In this document: positions 58,543 through 64,000 of the stretch, one piece after another
How the letters are laid out: the number at the start of each line of letters is the position of its first letter
How positions within the stretch are numbered: the stretch's first letter is position 1
Origin: an uncultured archaeon
GTDB lineage: Archaea > Thermoproteota > Nitrososphaeria > JACIWG01
DNA: 64,000 nucleotides
Direction of reading: 5' to 3'
Assembly (NCBI GenBank): GCA_938034445.1
Contig: CALHLD010000026.1
Coordinates: 562-64,561 of the forward strand
Notes under the pieces: generated by a model
Told to the model about the DNA's origin: nothing
Seen by the model: only the letters and a program-made list of their open reading frames with translations
The model's database searches: none
Made by a program: the position numbers and the translations under genes

Positions 58543-59439
58543 TCAGGCTATAACTTTTTTCTTACAATATATTGATAAAAGTGTTGGAATCAGCCAAGTT
58601 ATAATGCCTAAGAAGCCTAGTCCCCCAAATATTTCATTGTCTGGCGATTTAGTTATAAGGAAAGTGAAGCCCCATAATGCATTTATTGAACCATGTAATG
58701 AAGCAGCTGGGAGTACACTTTTGGATGAAATTCTTGCAAAAACGTGTGGAAACGTGAAAAGAATAGCTATTATTGTAAAAATTAGAATTCCTTCAATTCT
58801 ATGTACCTGATAATTGTGTCCAAGAAGTACTATTGCAGTAGCATGCCATAAGCCCCAAAGTACACCTACTATAATGTTTGTTTTCACGAACCCTAATTTT
58901 TCTATAAGTAAACTTACAAGGAATCCTCTCCAACCTATTTCTTCTCCAAGAGCGTAAATGGCATTTAAAGTTATTGCTACGATGTATGATGATAAAATCA
59001 TGGATAAGACAACTACAGTAAGTAATATTGTTTGGTTAAATTCTTGTGGTAAGATATTTTGTAAGGTTTCTACTTGTTCAATAAGTGTTTTTAAGGTAAA
59101 GAATCTAAAGGCTATTGAAAAGAGTATGTAGACGCCTAAGCTTGCAAAAGTTATTAAAGGTGAAAGAAAGTACCATTTTAGTGTTGAAATATTTCTTATC
59201 TGTCCTAAAAATCCTTTTAACTCGTTAAATATATTTTTTCCTAAAACTTTCAGTCCTATAACTGAAGCTAGAGTAGGTGTATACATTCTAATTGATCCCC
59301 AGATTAGAATTGTTGTAACTGAAGTCAGCGGATAGTTAGTTATAAGGTGGAAAGTAAGCAGGTCAATTAAAAGTGCTAGAAGGTAAGCGCTGATAATATA
59401 GTAAAGTATGCCTTTTACAATTGGAGAACTCATGGCCAC
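58543..59439 (-). CDS. CPBP-family (CAAX) intramembrane metalloprotease
   Basis: 298 aa. EEIGWRGFL (EExxxR). Downstream FxxxH and HxxxN-like motifs. Multi-TM. Confidence 0.75.
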   Translation of the reverse strand: MAMSSPIVKGILYYIISAYLLALLIDLLTFHLITNYPLTSVTTILIWGSIRMYTPTLASVIGLKVLGKNIFNELKGFLGQIRNISTLKWYFLSPLITFASLGVYILFSIAFRFFTLKTLIEQVETLQNILPQEFNQTILLTVVVLSMILSSYIVAITLNAIYALGEEIGWRGFLVSLLIEKLGFVKTNIIVGVLWGLWHATAIVLLGHNYQVHRIEGILIFTIIAILFTFPHVFARISSKSVLPAASLHGSINALWGFTFLITKSPDNEIFGGLGFLGIITWLIPTLLSIYCKKKVIA

Positions 59440-59516
59440 AAAATTTTATATAATACAAATATAAAATTTTTGAGTTAGAAAATGTTTTTAAAATATAGGG
59501 ACAAAATGTACAGTTT

Positions 59517-60881
59517 ATGACAGTAATTTCCATAATAGGTGCGGGAAGTGTTGTCTTTACTGGAAGACTTATTGTTGACTTGTGTCTCACAAAAAGTTTG
59601 TATGGTAGTAAAGTTGTTTTGATGGACATTAATGAGGAACGCTTAAATGTAATGTATCAGTTGGCTACAAGGTACTTAAGAGAAACTAAGGCAAATCTTG
59701 TCATAGAAAAGACACTTGATAGGAGGCGTGCATTAGAAGTCTCAGATTTTGTTATTAACACTGTAAAAGTTGGTGGATACGAACCCATGGAAGAAGAGAG
59801 GAGAATTGCTGAAAAATATGGATACTATAGGGGTGTTGGTGAAAGGGTTAGCGACTATTATGGTGGTGTTGGCGCCTATCATCAACTAAAGTTCTTTCTT
59901 GAACTTGCAATTGATATGGAAAAGTATTGTCCAGATGCTTGGCTTATCCAAGCTGCAAACCCGGTTTTTGAAGGCGCCACTCTAATTAGTAGGCAAACAA
60001 AGATCAAGGTTGTTGGAGTATGCCATGGCCACTTAGGTTATAAGGATATTGTTAGAAAGCTAGGTTTGAACGAAGAGTATGTTAGAGTTACGATGGCGGG
60101 ATTTAATCACAATATATGGCTTAAAGATTTCCTCTATAAAGGTGAAAATGCTTACCCAATTTTAGATAAATGGATTGAGGAAAAGGCTGAAGAGTACTGG
60201 AATAGTGAAGAATATTTAAAGGGGCTTCCATGGGAATGTGAACAGCTTTCCAAGGCCGCTGTTGAAACATATAAGCTGTATGGTCTATTCCCTATCGGTG
60301 ACACGGTAAGAAGTGCTTCACCTTGGTGGTTTCATAAGGACTTAGAAAGTAAGAAAAAGTGGTTCGGTCCAACTGGTGGATTCGATTCAGAAATTGGTTG
60401 GACACTTTACTTAAACTTTCTTAAGGAAAATCTTGAAAAACTCTATTACCTTGCAAATAATCCTAGCCTTAAGCTTACTGACTTCTACCCTCCAACATTT
60501 AGCGGTGAACAGCATGTTCCATTAATTGACGCAATTTTAAATGATAAACGAACGATTTTACAGTTGAATATTCCAAATAATGGTATAATTTCGGGAATAC
60601 CTGATAACGTTGTAGTCGAAGTTCCAACAGTAGTTGACGGTACTGGGGTGAAAGGCATACACGTCGGTTCACTACCAAAGAAGATCATGCTATTCAATAT
60701 GATTCCTAGAATGCTTAAAATGGAACAGATTCTTCAAGCATTTCTCGAAGGTGATCGGACTAGTCTAATACTTATGGTGGCAGAAGATCCTAGAACAAAG
60801 TCATTTGATGACGCAAAAAAGGTTATTGAAGAACAGCTTAAACAGCCTTGGAACAGTGAAACCCTTAAACACTATAAGTGA
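59517..60881 (+). CDS. GH4-family NAD/Mn-dependent glycosidase (alpha-glucosidase/6-phospho-glucosidase-like)
   Basis: 454 aa. ISIIGAGSVVFT N-terminal NAD fold. VCHGH catalytic region. GH4 size. Confidence 0.8.
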   Translation: MTVISIIGAGSVVFTGRLIVDLCLTKSLYGSKVVLMDINEERLNVMYQLATRYLRETKANLVIEKTLDRRRALEVSDFVINTVKVGGYEPMEEERRIAEKYGYYRGVGERVSDYYGGVGAYHQLKFFLELAIDMEKYCPDAWLIQAANPVFEGATLISRQTKIKVVGVCHGHLGYKDIVRKLGLNEEYVRVTMAGFNHNIWLKDFLYKGENAYPILDKWIEEKAEEYWNSEEYLKGLPWECEQLSKAAVETYKLYGLFPIGDTVRSASPWWFHKDLESKKKWFGPTGGFDSEIGWTLYLNFLKENLEKLYYLANNPSLKLTDFYPPTFSGEQHVPLIDAILNDKRTILQLNIPNNGIISGIPDNVVVEVPTVVDGTGVKGIHVGSLPKKIMLFNMIPRMLKMEQILQAFLEGDRTSLILMVAEDPRTKSFDDAKKVIEEQLKQPWNSETLKHYK

Positions 60882-60887
60882 ACTTTC

Positions 60888-62186
60888 ATGAATCATTTTT
60901 CTCTAAAATATGCTTGGACTGTAGCAATTGTCTTGTTCATCTTTAGGTCTCTTCATACAGCTGACATTTATGTGATTTCGGTCGTTTTTCCACAAATTTT
61001 AGAAGAGTTTCAGATCACATATGCTAGTGGTGGTGCAATATTTACTGCCACTTTCGCTTTTTCAGTGTTACTTTATCCTGTTTGGGGCTACCTTTTTGAC
61101 AAGTATTCAAGAAAGCTTCTAATTAGCGTATCTGGCGTATTATGGGGTATAACGACTTGGTTAAATACTCTACCAAAGAATTTTGAAGGCTTCTTTATAA
61201 CAAGAACGTTGACTGGCGTTGATGATACTCCTCCATCTGGAATTAATAGTCTGATAAGTGACTATTTTCCTCCAAAAAGTAGGGGTAAACCTTTGGGCCT
61301 AATAAATGCAACAGGTGCTTTTGGGGCACTGATAGGCACGATTGTTGGAGTCATGCTAGGTTATGTTTATGGTTGGCGATATCTCTTTCTTATAACTGGA
61401 AGTGTAGGCATACTGATGGCTGTTATTGTATATCTATGCGTAAAAGATGTTCCTAGAGGAAGTTCAGAACCTGAACTTGCTGGATTAGTGGTAAAAGAGG
61501 ATCTTTATAAAATAAAATTTAGGGAAATGTTTAGTTTAGTAAAAAGGCCTTCACTACTTTTCCTTAACCTACAAGGTTTCTTCGGTGTTTTTCCATGGCA
61601 ATGTCTTCAAGCCTGGATTTTCACATATATGCTTAAGGAAAGATTGTTTAATGAAACAGAAGCCATGGTTGTTATGCTCATTTGGCTTACTGTGATGATC
61701 ATCGGAAATCTTGTAGGTGGTGCAATAGGTGACCTGCTTTTTTCTAAAATATATAGTGGTCGTGCGATAGTTGGTGCAGTGGACGTATTCCTTTCAGCAT
61801 TAACTTTGTATATCACACTAATGTGGCCAATAGAAGATACAGTTGGTTTCACAATTTTGGGTGCAGTAGCATCATTTATTCTGCCAATGGCCGGCCCAAA
61901 TGTATCTGCCGCTGTGACAGATGTTACAGAACCAGAGGTTAGAAGCTCTGCGGACTCACTACTTAGGATATTCGAGTTTGCTGGTTCTTCAGCTTCTCCA
62001 CTTATTGCAGGGTATTTAGCAGATTTAGTGGGTCTAGGGTCAAGTATCCTCTATGTCTCAGTGTCCACATGGATTATATGCGGAATATTATTTATTGCAC
62101 TAGCTTATGTGATACCTAAAGATATTATTGCTGCAAGGAATAAGATAAGACATAGGGCTAAGCTACTCAAAAGCACTGTTAGCTAA
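60888..62186 (+). CDS. MFS transporter (probable sugar/glycoside importer)
   Basis: 432 aa. 12 TM. MFS motif region around FDKYSRK. Confidence 0.8.
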   Translation: MNHFSLKYAWTVAIVLFIFRSLHTADIYVISVVFPQILEEFQITYASGGAIFTATFAFSVLLYPVWGYLFDKYSRKLLISVSGVLWGITTWLNTLPKNFEGFFITRTLTGVDDTPPSGINSLISDYFPPKSRGKPLGLINATGAFGALIGTIVGVMLGYVYGWRYLFLITGSVGILMAVIVYLCVKDVPRGSSEPELAGLVVKEDLYKIKFREMFSLVKRPSLLFLNLQGFFGVFPWQCLQAWIFTYMLKERLFNETEAMVVMLIWLTVMIIGNLVGGAIGDLLFSKIYSGRAIVGAVDVFLSALTLYITLMWPIEDTVGFTILGAVASFILPMAGPNVSAAVTDVTEPEVRSSADSLLRIFEFAGSSASPLIAGYLADLVGLGSSILYVSVSTWIICGILFIALAYVIPKDIIAARNKIRHRAKLLKSTVS

Positions 62187-63650
62187 AACAATTTTCTTGT
62201 ATACTTCAGAACTTTTTCTAGCTATCCTTTCCTTGGTGCCGAAGTCGACATAATAGAGGCCGAACCTCATCTTAAATCCCTGCGCCCACTCATAATTGTC
62301 TATAAGCGACCAATGAAAGTATCCCCTTACATCAATCTTTTCTTCCATAATAGTATTTTCTAAAACCTTCAAATGTTCCATAATAAAACTTGGTCTCAGC
62401 CTATCCTCGGAATCTGCAACACCATTTTCTGTAACATACAAAGGCTTATCATATTTTTTCATAAGCTCTAAAGCCCTAGCAAGTCCATTGGGATAAATTT
62501 CCCATCCAAAATCTGACGTCGGTTTTCCATCATTAGAAAAGTCATTAGGTTTACAATTATTTCCATATCCTTTAACAATTTCTGGAATAGTTGGTATTCC
62601 AGCAAAAAGTTTAGCTATTATAGACCTTTTGCCTCGGACAATGTTCCGTGTATAATAATTGATGCCTATCCAGTCAACCCTATTCCTTATCGAAGAATCT
62701 TTTTCTCCTTCATCTATTTTACTGTTCAAGTTTTCGTCAATCCATCCATTAGAAATCGCTTCAATAAAAAAGAGGTTATGTATATGGCTTGAAACATTAC
62801 ATGCATTTATGTCCTTTCTCCTATCATAGGGCTCCATTGGCACAATATTTAATATAATACCAACTTCAGAATCATTATTGAATTGCCTAATTGCATCGTA
62901 AGCTCTAGCATGTGCGACAACCAGATTACATAAACATCTTTTAAAAAGTCTAAAATTATTTAATCCAGGGGGAAATCCCATTTCTGGAAACAGGTATCCT
63001 GTTTCCGCAACAACATTTGGCTCATTAAATGTAACCCAAAAATCAACTATATCCCCAAGTTTCCATGCAAGATAAGCTGAATACTTCCAAAACTCTACAA
63101 TAGTTTCCTCGTCAACCCAACCCTTAGGTCCAACACGCCCTCCAGAATCTCTCACATTGATCGGATCATGGGCCCATAAAGGTAATGTAAAGTGATTTAA
63201 GCAAATAATAGGTTTCATGTTCTTGCTAATGATGTCGAGTATAATTTTCTTGTAATGATTTAATGCATTAGCATCAGCAATTTTATCCAACTTTTCAAGA
63301 AAATCTTCTTTAGCAGATATACTTGATATCCTTCCAAACTCATTTCTTTCGAAATCAACCTTAACATCCCTAGTTGGAGTTGGAAAAATTCTGCTCCATT
63401 CAATACCTAACCTATATGAGTTTAGCCCCACATCTTTCGCAATTTGATGATCTTTCTTATATAGGTTCCAATAATTGGGCCCATGCTCAGGTAAATCGCC
63501 ACTAACAACTTTATTTTCAATATTATATCTATCGTGAACCCATAAAAACCAATCAGTATTCCTATCTATACCTTCTCCACTAGAATCACCCATTTCAAAT
63601 TGGAAACCGCTAGCCGAAACTCCCCATAAAAAGTTTTTTGGAAAAGTCAT
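62163..63650 (-). CDS. GH1-family beta-glycosidase (LacS/beta-glucosidase-like)
   Basis: 495 aa. FPKNFLWGVSASGFQFE. TFNEPNV (acid/base Glu). YVTENG (nucleophile Glu). Confidence 0.85.
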   Translation of the reverse strand: MTFPKNFLWGVSASGFQFEMGDSSGEGIDRNTDWFLWVHDRYNIENKVVSGDLPEHGPNYWNLYKKDHQIAKDVGLNSYRLGIEWSRIFPTPTRDVKVDFERNEFGRISSISAKEDFLEKLDKIADANALNHYKKIILDIISKNMKPIICLNHFTLPLWAHDPINVRDSGGRVGPKGWVDEETIVEFWKYSAYLAWKLGDIVDFWVTFNEPNVVAETGYLFPEMGFPPGLNNFRLFKRCLCNLVVAHARAYDAIRQFNNDSEVGIILNIVPMEPYDRRKDINACNVSSHIHNLFFIEAISNGWIDENLNSKIDEGEKDSSIRNRVDWIGINYYTRNIVRGKRSIIAKLFAGIPTIPEIVKGYGNNCKPNDFSNDGKPTSDFGWEIYPNGLARALELMKKYDKPLYVTENGVADSEDRLRPSFIMEHLKVLENTIMEEKIDVRGYFHWSLIDNYEWAQGFKMRFGLYYVDFGTKERIARKSSEVYKKIVLANSAFE

Positions 63651-63721
63651 ACGATAATATTCTCACTCTACATAACTATATAAAATTTTTTAAATCTTCA
63701 AACAACATTAGTTTAGATAAA

Positions 63722-64000
63722 CTATTTCTTAAGCAATTGCAAAAATATTTCTTTTAAATCATCTACTCCTATACCCGAAAAAACAATTTTTTTCCCATAC
63801 TCTTCAAGAATGCTCTCAATTTCTTCAACAGTAAATTTGATTCCTTTTAAGGCATTCAAAAATTTTTCAAATTCTTCTATAGGGAATGCAAAAAAATCTC
63901 CACTGATAATAGCGTTTTTAATGACATCATTTTCTACATCCACTTCAATCTTTACATATTTTCCTCCAATTACCTTCTTATCCATTTCTAAGTGCACCAT
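63722..64000 (-). CDS. stand-alone lipoate-protein ligase C-terminal domain protein (LplA-C/LplB-like)
   Basis: 92 aa. Starts exactly at the window edge (ATG at 64000). The pattern resembles the accessory C-terminal domain that is a separate gene in Thermoplasma-type archaea. Recognition is by recall only. Confidence 0.4.
   Translation of the reverse strand: MVHLEMDKKVIGGKYVKIEVDVENDVIKNAIISGDFFAFPIEEFEKFLNALKGIKFTVEEIESILEEYGKKIVFSGIGVDDLKEIFLQLLKK

Noticed and set aside
1-64000. CRISPR arrays, rRNA genes, prophage with integrase
   Set aside because: No run of regularly spaced repeats was seen anywhere. No 16S/23S/5S-like stretches. No tyrosine or serine recombinase ORF is present, including inside the repeat-bounded island.

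Overview
This is an AT-rich (about 35-37% G+C by eye) archaeal chromosomal segment. It is almost fully coding, with about 70 genes on both strands, and has the hallmarks of a thermo(acido)philic archaeon of the Thermoplasmatales/Sulfolobales kind. The lineage cannot be fixed from sequence alone.

Evidence for an archaeal origin:
- an XPD/Rad3 Fe-S helicase, an RNA 3'-phosphate cyclase, a FAU-1-like protein, TrpB2 and deoxyhypusine synthase
- a solute-binding protein with a Thr-rich C-terminal linker and membrane anchor
- a tRNA-Cys(GCA) with no encoded CCA
- leaderless-looking genes with TATA-like boxes
- a LacS-like GH1 glycosidase and a stand-alone LplA C-terminal domain protein

Main blocks:
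- 1-6.7 kb: a LarA-like protein, a Mo-oxidoreductase, a TPP enzyme, a HAD hydrolase and a PadR-ABC exporter operon.
- 7.1-9.2 kb: two secreted proteins in a G+C-elevated patch followed by 0.5 kb without a long ORF.
- 9.2-15.4 kb: housekeeping genes.
- 15.4-18.5 kb: a 3.1-kb insert bounded by an approximately 30-bp direct repeat that duplicates the in-frame 3' end of the ybaK-like gene. It carries a DsrE/TusA sulfur-carrier pair, a HEPN/MNT toxin-antitoxin pair and three G+C-rich, hairpin-dense noncoding blocks.
- 18.6-27.2 kb: a minus-strand operon for uptake and catabolism of unusual peptides (binding protein, CapA-like, M19 dipeptidase, DppFDCB, racemase).
- 27.3-30.1 kb: a tRNA-Cys-adjacent patch with a ferredoxin, two AbrB-type small proteins and two uncharacterised genes.
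- 35.6-37.5 kb: an IS200/IS605-family TnpB element inserted into an alcohol-dehydrogenase gene.
- VapBC pairs at 37.5 kb and 45.9 kb.
- 38.1-40.6 kb: an ACT-regulator/TrpB2/ParB-Srx trio.
- 46.5-46.9 kb: scrambled fragments of the neighbouring vapC and epimerase genes.
- 47.1-53.7 kb: a glycosyltransferase island with two GT81 (GpgS/MpgS-like) paralogs, two GT4 enzymes and a HAD phosphatase.
- 53.8-64 kb: MscS, deoxyhypusine synthase, HtrA, a sugar nucleotidyltransferase, a CPBP protease, and a GH4/MFS/GH1 sugar-utilisation set.

No CRISPR array and no rRNA were seen. All calls rest on reading the sequence and the supplied ORF translations; no database search was possible.
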